Positions 1-10,794 of a stretch of DNA of 64,000 nucleotides are shown here, one piece after another. The position numbers were made by a program, and so were the translations under genes. A model generated the notes under the pieces. That model made no database searches, was not told the DNA's origin, and saw nothing but the letters and a program-made list of their open reading frames with translations. Source of the stretch: the human T2T-CHM13v2.0 reference genome, Homo sapiens; the NCBI RefSeq assembly GCF_009914755.1, contig NC_060937.1; one strand, 5' to 3'. Positions within the stretch are counted from its first letter, which is position 1; each line of letters begins with the position of its first letter.

Positions 1-1920
1 TGCTCCAAATAGTGTAAAGGGTGCACACCAGCACTGTGATATTATTCCTAGTATCCAGAGAAGGAGAGAATGGTATTATTTTTAATATCACAGAGGGTGC
101 ACACTCCCCTTGTGATACTGCTCCTAACATCCAAGGGGTAGAGGATGAAATTACTCCCAATATCACAGTGGGTATACACCCCCCCGTGGTATTGTTCCTA
201 ATATCCAGGGGGTATAGGACGATAGTACTATAAATATCGCAAGGGGTGTACACCCCTTCTGATATTGTTACTAATATCCGTGGGGGGAGTCGATGATATT
301 ACTTCCAATATCACAGGGAATGTACACCCCACTTGTGATATTGTTCCTAATATCCTGGGAGGAGACTACGATATTACTGGCAATATCGCAGGGTGTGTGC
401 ATTCCCGTGATATTGTTCCTAATGTCCAGCAAGGGAGAAAATATTACTCCCAATATGGCGGGGGTGTACACTTCCCATGCGATATCGTTCCTAATATCCA
501 TGGGGGAAAAGGATGATATTACTCTAAATGGCGCAGGAGGTGTAAACCGCCCCTGTGATATTGTTCTCAATATCCATAGGGGGAGAGAATGATATTACTC
601 CCAATATCACAGGTGGTGTACACCCCTCCTTTTATATTATTCCTAATATCCAGATTGGGAGAGAATAATATTACAGGTAAAATAGCAGGGGGTGTACACT
701 CTGCCTGTGATATTGTTCCTAATATCCCAGGGAAGAGTGGACAATATTACTCTCAATATCGCAGGATGTGTACACCCCCTTTGTGATATTGTTCCTAATA
801 TCCATAGGCGGAGAGGGTGATACCACTCCCAATAGTGCAGAAAAGGTACAGCCCCGCTGTGATATCATTCCTAATATCCAGAGGGGACAGGATGATATTA
901 CTCCCAATATCAGAGAGGGCATACACCCCCTCCCCATGATATTGTTCATAATACCCAGGGGGTAGAGGATGATATTACTCCCAATATCACAGTGGGTGTA
1001 CACCCACCCTGTGATATTGTTCCCAATATCCATGTGGAAAGGGTATAAAGTTACTCCCAATATCACAGGGGTTGTACAACCCCCTTGTGATATTGTTCCT
1101 TATATTCGGGGGAGAGACAATGATATAGCTGTCCATATTGCAGATGGTGTACCACCCCCTGGGAATTTGTTCCTAATATTCAGTGGGAAAGATGATATTA
1201 ATTAAAATGTCACGGGGGGTATACAACCCCTTTGTGATATTATTCCTAATATCCAGGGAAAGAAAGAATATTATTCCCAATATCGCAGGGGATGTACACC
1301 CCTCTCTGATACTCTTTCTAATATCCCTTTGGGGAGTCTATAATATTACTGGCAATATCATAAGGAGTGTATACCCCCCGTTATATTGTTCCTTATGTCC
1401 AGCAAGGGAGAAAATATTAATCCCAATATGGAACAGGGTGTACACACCCATGAGGTATTGTTCCTAATATCCAGGGAGGGAAAGGATGATATTACTCCCA
1501 ATGTTGCAGTGGTGTATAACCCCCCGTGATATTGTTCCTAATATCTAGGTGAGGAAAGTACAGTATTACTCCCAATATAGCAGGGGTTGTACACCACCTT
1601 TGTGATATTGTTCTACATATCCATGGGGAAAGAAAATGATAGTACTCCACAATATCACAGGTGGTGTACAACCCCTTGTGATACTGTTTCTAATATCCAT
1701 GTTGGGGGAGGATATTACTCCCAATATTGCACGAGTTGCACAGACCCCCTTTGATATTGCTTGTACTATGCAGGGTGTGGGGGGAGAGGATGATATTGGG
1801 AGTAATATCACCCTCTCTCCCCGGATAGTAAAAGCAATATTCAGGGTGGTCGACACTTCCTGCACTATTGAGTATAATATCCTCTCCCAACCTGGATATT
1901 AGGAACAATATCACAGGGGC
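1..1920. repeat. SATR1/SATR2-type satellite (~70-bp diverged monomers)
   Basis: Recurrent 'tgtacaccccc..tgtgatattgttcctaatatccagggg..gaggatgatattactcccaatatcgcagg' motif about every 70 bp. Orientation flips at ~1795. Family name from recalled consensus. Confidence 0.85.
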
Positions 1921-3967
1921 ATGTACACTTCCTTCCTTTCACCATATACAAAAATCAACTCAAGATGGATGAAGGACTTATGTAAGACCCAAAACTATAT
2001 AAACCCTAGAAGAAAACTTAGGAAATATCATTCTGGACATAGACGCAGGCAAATATTTCATGATGAAGATTCCAAAGCAATTGCAACAAGAAGAATTGAC
2101 GAGTGGGACCTAATGAAACTAAAGAGCTTCAGCACAGCAAAAGAAACTATCAACAGAGAACACCCTATAGAACAGAAGAAAATATTTTCAAATTACATAT
2201 CTGAAAAAGGTCTAATACTTAGCATGTATAAAGAATCAATAAGCAAAAAACAAACCCACTACAAATAGGCAAAGAACATGAGCCCCCACATTCACCATCC
2301 TCAAGTCCATGTGCAACTTCTTTCTGGATGCTGGACAAGGACTTGGGTACCAAGAGGGCACTGAACGGGTTAACACTTAAGCCGTCTGTGGATTCTATTT
2401 TCAAAAGACAACGTATGTATGGCAAACAACCATATGAAAAAATACTCAACATCACTAATCATCAGAAAATCAGAACCATGAGATACCATATCACACCGGC
2501 CAGAATGGCTATTGTTAAAAAATCAAAATATAACAGACGGTGCCGAGTTTGTGGAAAAAAGGGAATGCTTATACACTGCTGGTGGTGATATAGAAAGGAG
2601 ACAGGGAAATACTGGGTAGAAGAGAGTGGTTCCCTGGCAAAGCCCTGCCCACAAGCCTGGAAACCCATGGCCCTAAATGGGAACAGGCATTCCTGCTTTT
2701 GCACCCAAAAGTTGTCTTTCAGCTCACCATGCAACCCCTGTCCTGTACCCATATATGCCCCAGACCCCAGGCTCCAGAAGCAGACAAGCAGATGAGGAGA
2801 TGAACAGAAGAGCAGAATTGCAGAATGATGTGGCAGAAAGAAGAGAAGGAGCATCTGAATGCCAAGAGGAGTTTGGCTGGCAGTGGTTGGAGAGATCAGC
2901 CTCTGGATGGCAAAGCTCCCAGGGAAGATCATCTTCCCATTCCATCCCCTTTCCAGCTCCCCATCCATCCCATTGACTGCCACCTCCACCACTCAATAAA
3001 ACCCCCACATTCACCATCCTCAAGTCTGTGTGCAACTTAATTCTTTCTGGATGCTGGACAAGGAACTGGGTACCAAGAGGGCACTGAACAGGTTAACACT
3101 TAAACCGTCTGTGGATGGCAAAGCTAAAAGAGTGCACTGTAACACATGCCCACTTGGGCTGTGGGAGTCGCAGGAACCCACCCCTAAGACAGTACCATGG
3201 CCACTTGCCCTGCCTATTGCAACTGCCTGTCTGCATGCTCCCCTGCCCAGTAAGGGGTTTGACAGCAAACACGGTGGCCAGACAAGCCACACCCCTGTTG
3301 CACATCCTGCCAAGGGGAGTCAGGGAAGTCTCCAGTTTCATCAGGAATGTAAATTTGTTCAGCCATTGTGGAAAGCAGTTTGGAGATTTCTGAAATAACT
3401 TAAAACAGAACTACCATTCAACCCAGCAATCCCATTATTGGGTATATACCCAAAGGAATATAAATCATTCTGTCATAGACATATGCACGCATATTTTCAT
3501 TATAACACTATTCACAATAGCAAAGACACGGAATCAACTTAGATGCCTGTTAACAGAAGACTGGATTAAAAAAATGCAGCGTACATACACCATGGAATAC
3601 TACACACCTATAAAATAGGATGAAATGATGTCTTTTGCAGCAACATGAATGGAGCTGGAGACCATTATTCTAAGTGAATTAATGCAGGAACAGAAAACCA
3701 AACAAACACTGCATGTTCTCACTTATAAGTGGAGGCTAAACATTGAGGCCACATGGACACAGAGAAAGGAACAATAGACACAAGGTCTACTGTGGGTGGA
3801 GGGTGGGGGGGAGAGTGAGGATCAAAAAACTCCCTATTAGATACTACGTTCACTACCTGGATGACTACCTAATCTGTACACCAAATCCCATTGACACACA
3901 TTTTACCCATATAATAAACCTGCACATGTACCCGCTGAACCTAAAATAAATGTTGGAAGGAAATAAA
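1921..3967 (+). mobile_element. LINE-1 (L1PA/L1PB-type) ORF2 3' end and 3' UTR, interrupted by an LTR
   Basis: ORF2-like translation 'SPYTKINSRWMKDL..IDEWDLMKLKSFSTAKETINR' and 'VQPLWKAVWRFLK'; typical 3' UTR ending 'aacctgcacatgtaccc..aacctaaaataaa'. Confidence 0.9.
2586..3340 (+). mobile_element. Solo ERV1 LTR (MER50-like) inserted in the L1
   Basis: TG...CA termini ('tgatatagaaaggagacagggaaatactgggtagaagag'...'ccagtttca'), internal AATAAA at ~2995, and L1 sequence resumes on both sides. Confidence 0.75.
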
Positions 3968-5793
3968 GTTACAACCAACTCTTGTACTATTGTGAGGAAA
4001 CAATCATATGAGTTGACAAAAAATCAGCTACTAATAGATTTATAATAGTATATATGTAGCAGAAAAATATCAGATATAACTTATATACCCAAAAGTATGA
4101 CTTAAAAACAGCATGACAATCTTTATGATGGGATATTGTGCAACTACTAGAAGCACATTTTCAGAGATTATTTATTAACATATGATAATGACTACATTGA
4201 GTGGTTTTTAGAAGCATGAATTGAAACCATGTATAAGCATGAATTTATTGAACTTATATATAACATTACACACACATTTACATAATTATAAAATAAGTAT
4301 GCTCATGTTCATAATATGTATTTATTTATATTCATATGTAAGGCCAATAGGAAGTAATCTCTGTATCTGAGTTATTATTTCATAAATAATTTATGCTTGT
4401 TCTGTGAAAATACAAACACTGCTATGGATCTTCCAAGTATCCTGAAAGGATACCGTTTATAATTAAACAATAACAATTTTAGAAATAATTATTTTAAATA
4501 AGGCTATGATAAATCTGGTTTCATTGCACACTTTAATTTTGGAACATTTCATGAAGCGTCCCTTGATCATGACTCTCATATTCAGGAGTTTTTTGAGATC
4601 AAAATGGGACAATCAGTATGAATCTATTTTTTAGACATGCAAATGGATAACTTTAAATAGCAGTAGCGATATAATCAGAGTGCACAGTTGCTCTGGGACA
4701 AAACTTGGAAATGAGCATATTTTTAGATTCTTAATGTTTTACACACTTTAGCATTCCACAGCACCATTACATACTCATTTTTCTACTAGAATACCTTGGT
4801 AAAAATTCACAGTAGAGATCAGGCTTGTCCTTCATACATTAACTAATCAAGTAGGAAACTGCAAATGAGAACACAGTGCCAAACATAGGCACCACATGGA
4901 AACAAGCATGGAACTGCCAGGAAGCCATTTTTGTAGCTTTGTAGCCCAATTATATTTTTCCTAATGTATTGCACACAAAACTTGGGGGAAAAAAAAGAGG
5001 CAGAGAGAAAACAGGTTATATCAGCCCTATCTCACAATCCACAAGTTCATCCTATTAGAGGAGTAACTATGTAAAACAAATTTTATCTGTTGAATGTCCT
5101 ATTTAGTTAATCGCAAAACTGTATGAGAACACACTTGTGACTTATTTAGCAGCTTGTTTTTTCGCTTTCCACTGGCTTCACAAATGTCCTTTGGAAATAG
5201 AATGTACATTTGGAAGCTTGTACACCTTTTCTTTCTCCAGTACCCTGTTGTCACTTCCATCACTAAGGTGACAGAAGCAACTAGGGGCAATGCATTTGTA
5301 GCACCCCTGGGTCAGAGGTATCCTCCAGGGGAAGGATCAGACCTACTTGAAAGCATGTCGTTGGAATTGGGAGGCTTCTAGTAGCTATAACATAAGCACT
5401 GATGTTTACTGTTCCCTGCCCTCCACTTTGATCACTCTGGGAAACGTTTTTTTTTAAAAAATCAATTGTATTGAAACATAATTTACATAAAATAAATACT
5501 ATTTTAAAGTGCACAGTTTGCTGAGTTTTGCCAGATGTAACCATCCAGGTGAATAAAATTGATTAAACTGATCTTTCAAATAATAAATTAACTTTGCAAT
5601 CTTGCTAGAAATTTAATTTGTTCACAGTTTATTATCCATTCTATGTACTGCTACATTCAATTGGTTATTATGTTTTAAGGACTTTTGAGTCTATGTTTAT
5701 GAGGGATAAACATCAAAGTTGTATAATGCCTTTGTCTCGATTTGGAATCGGCAATACTGGGTTCATAAAATAAGACAGGAAGTGTCCCTTTAA

Positions 5794-6104
<311 letters not shown>

Positions 6105-6149
6105 CTTAAATTCTATTTCTTAAAAAGAGTCCGTTCAAGATTGATATTA

Positions 6150-6332
6150 TAGATACTCCTCAACTTACAATTGTCTTATGTCTTAATGAACTCATCCTAA
6201 ATTGAAAATATTGTAAGTCTAAAACGCATTTAATATATTTAACCTACTGAATATCATGACTTAGCCTCACCTACCTTAAACTTCCTCAGAACACTTACTT
6301 TATCCTACAATTGGGCAAACTCATCTACCACA
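6150..6332 (+). mobile_element. MER47/Tigger5-like DNA transposon fragment, truncated by the ACRO array
   Basis: 'agatactcctcaacttacaa..gacttagcctcacctaccttaaac..cctacaattgggcaaactcatcta' matches the recalled MER47 consensus. Confidence 0.7.
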
Positions 6333-7441
6333 AGGGCTGGGGGTGAAGACGTGAGAGAGACTGGCGAGGATCTCACTGAGGTCTGTGAGTTTGTAGGTGT
6401 TTCTGGGGTGTGGGGTACAGACTCCCGCTGAAATCTGGGCGTAGTTGGAGAGTAGCTGGGACAGACAGGAGAGTCATGGGTGGCTGGGGGTGAGCTGCTG
6501 GATGATGGCAGTAAGAACATATGGTACATTATTGATGAATGAGGTGACTGTGAAGAATCTCCAGAGGAGGACACGGGAGAACACAATGACATGAGTGACT
6601 GTCCTGCTTGGTTAGGAAAGGGAAACGTAAAGTTGTGGAATTCTGTTGATGATGGATGTGAGAGTGGTGAAGCCCTGCGGGATGATGTAGAGGACTTCCA
6701 CATCCCTGGTGAGGAGCTGCCCCTTGGGTCTGAGTTTCTGGGAGGGGAGAGGGAGAAGCTGGGTGAGGCAGGCATGAATCTTGAGGAGTCAGGGCTGGGG
6801 GACCGCTCATATTCTCCCGAGACCTGTGAGTCTCTGGGGGACTCCTGGGTGCATGGGGCTGACTCCCGCAGGAACCTGGGGATGGCTGGAGAGTAACTGG
6901 GAGCCACAGGAGGGTCCCTGAGGCCTGGGGGTGAAGAGATGCAAGACACAGGGGTGGAGCAGCGTGAGGCTCGTGAGTTTGTAGGTGATTCCTGGGTGTG
7001 GGGGGCTGACTCCAGCTGAAATCTGGGGTTGTTTGGAGAGTAGCTGGGAGACACAGGAGACCCCCCGAGAGCTGGGGGTGAGCTGCTGGGTGATGGCAGT
7101 AAGAACATGTGGTATATTATTGATGAACGTGGGGACTCTGAGGAGTCCTCAGAGGAGGACACGGCAGAGCCCAATGGCTTCATTGATTGCCCATCACGGT
7201 GAGGACAGGGAAATGGGAGCTTGTGGGATTCTGGTGATGACAGAGGTGAGTGTGGTGAAGCCCTAGGGGATGGTGAATGGTAGTTCCGGATCCCTGGTGA
7301 GGAGCTTCCCCTTAAGCCTGAGTTTCTGAGAGGGGAGAGGGAGAAGCTGGGTGAGGCTCGCATGGACCTTGGGGTGTCCGTGCTGGGGGACCGTTCATAA
7401 GAAGAGCCAGACAAGACCCTACTGTTCTTAGGTGCAGACAT
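6305..7441 (-). pseudogene. 3'-truncated copy of the ACRO ORF (378 aa), reading into MER47
   Basis: Near-identical N-terminus. Diverges after 'SSPPAL' at ~6332 and ends 'VVDEFAQL*' in flanking transposon DNA. Confidence 0.75.
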
Positions 7442-7502
7442 GATTAGGAAACCTGCAGCTCCCAGGGGCCCCCACTAATGTTCTAACTCGCAGAAGGAAG
7501 GA

Positions 7503-7516
7503 GTGTGTGTGCGTGT

Positions 7517-7548
<32 letters not shown>

Positions 7549-7567
7549 TTGTGTGTGTGCGGTGTGA
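7503..7567. repeat. (GT)n/(GC)n microsatellite in the ORF leader (also 13838-13903, 20156-20217)
   Basis: Direct dinucleotide repeat, followed by (GACA)n. Confidence 0.95.
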
Positions 7568-7752
7568 GGTATGGGCCCCTTAAGGAAATGGAAATCAACC
7601 AACCAATGGGACAGACAGACAGACAGACAGACAGAGATTCACTTGCCCAAGTGTTCTGTCCTGTCCTCTGAATCCGCTTTCAAGTCGCAAGACGCTGTGA
7701 GCTCCAAGTCCACGCAGAGTCCGCCAAACGCTCCGGCCGCTGATCCGCTCCG

Positions 7753-7828
7753 CGAAGATCTGAGTACAGGCCAGCCAGGGTGGGTTTAAATAGCCTCGGG
7801 CGCAGCCTAGCAGCGGAAAGGGCGGAGC
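7753..7828 (-). promoter_or_regulatory. Same predicted core promoter, upstream of the truncated copy
   Basis: TATTTAAA 7792-7785, Inr A at 7761, GGGCGG 7820-7825. Confidence 0.55.
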
Positions 7829-8329
7829 TTCACTCCTCCTTTCCATCAGTCACCCCCAACTTTCCCAGGCTACACCTCGTAGGAAACTGTTCTCCTGCTT
7901 TGATTTCATGCGCCACCTTTGGGACAATCTAAGAACTTACAGGTTTTCTTGGCCAGATTTATTAGGAGTTGTATGCACTGAAACACTGAAAACCAACTAG
8001 TGGTTCTGTGCTTCCCACGTTGTGGTTTTGACACCAGCAGCATCCTTGCCACAATCAAACCCCGGAGATCCGCAGATCTGTGTTGTAACAAGACCTCCCC
8101 CTGACCCTGATGCATGGCAGTTGAAGAAGTCTTTCCGTGTAAGCGAAAAGACTTTGAAGAAAAGGTGGAGATATGCGTAGTATAAACATTCTTTGGCTCT
8201 GGAACCACGTAGAGACTTGGGAGCCAGTTGGGTGGAGCATTCGTTGGATGAGGGTGCTCGGGTTAGGAATATCAAGGTGTTTCTCCAGATAATCCAATCA
8301 TCTAATTAAGATTCCAGTTATGCTCATCT

Positions 8330-8840
8330 GTTTTAAAATTCCGTTTGGGTAAATTCTTTTAGTCAGACTGAGAATGGCAAAGCCTCAACCCCAATTTCCA
8401 GGGAGGGTGGAGAGCCTCAGGTGGAGTTGATCACCAATAGCCTATGGTTTAACCCATCATGCCTATAGAATGAGGTCTCCATCAAAACCCAAAAGGACTG
8501 GGTTCAGAGAGCTTCTGGATAACACTTCCTGGAAGGTAGTGCACCCCTCCCCGCATGCCGGGCCCCACATTTATTTCTGAACTTTGTGCAATGTCCGCTA
8601 AAATACAACGGCAAATGTAAGTGTTTCCCTGCGTGCTGTGAGCTCTTCCAGCAAATGAATGCAACTAAATCTGGGAGTGGTGGCAACCTGATTTATAGCC
8701 AGTTGCTGAGAAGCACAGGTAAAACAACGTAGGGCTTCCCATTGTTATTGGTGTGGGAGGCCTGTCTGGCGGGACTCGGCCCTTTGGAATCTAATGCTAT
8801 GTCCCGGTAGATAGCGTCACCATTGAATTAGAAGACACAC
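8330..8840. mobile_element. MER21-like LTR fragment in each unit (also ~14660-15170, ~20980-21490)
   Basis: 'ttgatcaccaatagcc..atcatgcctat..ctccatcaaaacccaaaaggactgggttcagagagcttc' resembles recalled MER21. Boundaries approximate. Confidence 0.65.
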
Positions 8841-9014
8841 ATATGTGGAGAATAATCTTTCTGGTCATTTACTGCATGTCATATTTACAATATGTGATCA
8901 AATTCTTTATCCTGACCTTATGGCACCTGGGTTTAGGACCATGATTTGAACCAAACGTTGGTCTGTCACTTTCTGAGTTTGAAACTTTATTTTGCCTTTA
9001 GCGTTTTGCTATTG

Positions 9015-9312
9015 CTTTTTCGTTTTCTTTTGTTTCGTTTCGTTTCTAAGTTCTGGGGTATATGTGCAGGATGTGCAGATTTGTTACTAAGGTAAACGTG
9101 TGCCATGGTGGTTTGCTGCACCTGTCAACCCGTCACCTAGGTATTAAGCCCAGCATGCAGTAGCTGTTTTTCTTAACGCTCTGCCTCCCGAAAGGCCCCA
9201 GTGTGTGTTGTTCCCCTTCCTGTGTCCATGGGATCTCACTTTTCAGCTCCCATTATAAGTGAGAAGGTGGCGTTTGGTTTTCTTTCCCTGGATTAGTTTG
9301 CTGACGATAATG
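9015..9312 (-). mobile_element. L1PA 3' end fragment in each unit (also ~15345-15641, ~21665-21961)
   Basis: T-rich tail then 'aagttctggggtatatgtgcaggatgtgcagatttgttac..cctaggtattaagcccagcatgc'. Confidence 0.85.
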
Positions 9313-10060
9313 ACCACACATCACCACTGTTTTTGTTTTTTAGTATAAAGAGTAGTATTTTATTGAATAAGATTTGCTCACAGAAAAATAAGCTTAAATC
9401 TACAATGAATGCCAGACCCTACAGCAGAAAGCAATTTTCTCACTTTTCCACACACAATGGTTCCTACTAAGTGAAAAAAAAAGCCATAAAATTTCATTCA
9501 CAAATGTACTACTCTGTCTCAAAACATCTCACGTAATCATGCACTGTACTAAAGCCATCAGATCAGTTCTTCAGTCAGGTTAAAGAAGTATCCCTCTAAT
9601 AACTGACTTTTATAATGCTATCAATATCCACTCCCAATCAGTCTGCCATTGTTAATGGTGTACAGCATTACTGAATACAACGGAATTGATGACGCCCATA
9701 TCCACAGACAAACCGTGACTTATGATGGTTTGATTTATGATTTTTCAACGTTATGATGGGTTTATTGGAATATTAGATTCCTTTCTGAGTTACACTGGGT
9801 TTATGAGTATGCGACCCTACACTCCAGAAACAGCTGTATAAGGAAAAACAGGAGTACCTAATAAAAATATGCTTAGTGACTTGGGATAAACCAATAGATG
9901 TTCACAAGTGATGGAGAGCCGTGAAAGAGAGATAGCGGTAAATAGTTACAATAACACAATTTTCCTGCACCTGTCGAGGATTTCCCCCAAAAAACGCAGA
10001 ATGTGGGATGCACCTAAGGCATATGAAAGAGAGAGGGCAGAAGGAGTAAGAGAGAAATAG

Positions 10061-10197
10061 GAGGAAGGAAGGAAGAAAGCAAGGAAGAAAGGAAGGAAGG
10101 AAAGAAGGAAGGAAGGACGGAAGGAAGGAAGGAAGGAAGGAAGGAAGGAAGGAAGGAAGGAAGGAAGGAAGGAAGGAAAGAAGGATGAAAGGAAGGA
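10061..10197 (+). repeat. (GGAA)n microsatellite (also 16391-16515, 22711-22880)
   Basis: Direct tetranucleotide repeat whose length differs between units. Confidence 0.97.
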
Positions 10198-10239
10198 GAA
10201 AACACCGGTGTTACTAAAACCCCCCAAAAAATGGTTTCC

Positions 10240-10590
10240 CCCTGTGGGTAAGCCTACAATGTGGATGAATCTTGAAAATATTGTGCTACGTGTTATGTCA
10301 GTCATAGCAGCTCACCTATTGTGCAATTCCGTTTATAGGAAATGTCCACAATATGGAAATCTATGCATATGGGATTGATCGCACTAGGTAGTTGCTACCT
10401 AGGGCTGAGGGTCAGGGAGAGGGTTTGAGACAGAATGAGGAGTGACTAATGTCTACAGGGTCTTTCTCTGGTCGGGGGTGATAAGACGTTTTACAATGGA
10501 TTGCGAATTAAAATTGAATGTGCACAACCACAGGTATACTAAAAGCCACTCAATTCATGACCTTTAATGGGGGAATCTTACGTGGCGTAG
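10240..10590 (+). mobile_element. Old L1M (L1MB-like) 3' fragment in each unit
   Basis: 'atgtggatgaatcttgaaaatattgtgcta..attccgtttataggaaatgtcc..tactaaaagccactcaatt' resembles L1M 3' UTRs. Confidence 0.65.
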
Positions 10591-10794
10591 TCTCATGGAG
10601 ACCACGGCAGACATAGTGAGAGAGAAAAAGGTGAGTAAATATCTGAAACGGAGGCAGAAACAGAGAGAATGAAAAGCCCTGTGAATGGAAGGGAGAGCGA
10701 AAAGGGAAAATGGTCCTATTTACAAATGACAGATGTGAAACTGGGGTTCACATCAACAGTGTCACTGCCAGGAAGGAGGGTCATGCTAGCCATG

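Noticed and set aside
21-1914. Hydrophobic 'ILFLIS/ILLPISQ' ORFs
   Set aside because: Translations of SATR monomers in several frames on both strands.
9946-10305. 'FLPS' repeat ORFs (also 16276-16623, 22552-22887)
   Set aside because: Translation of the (TTCC)n microsatellite.
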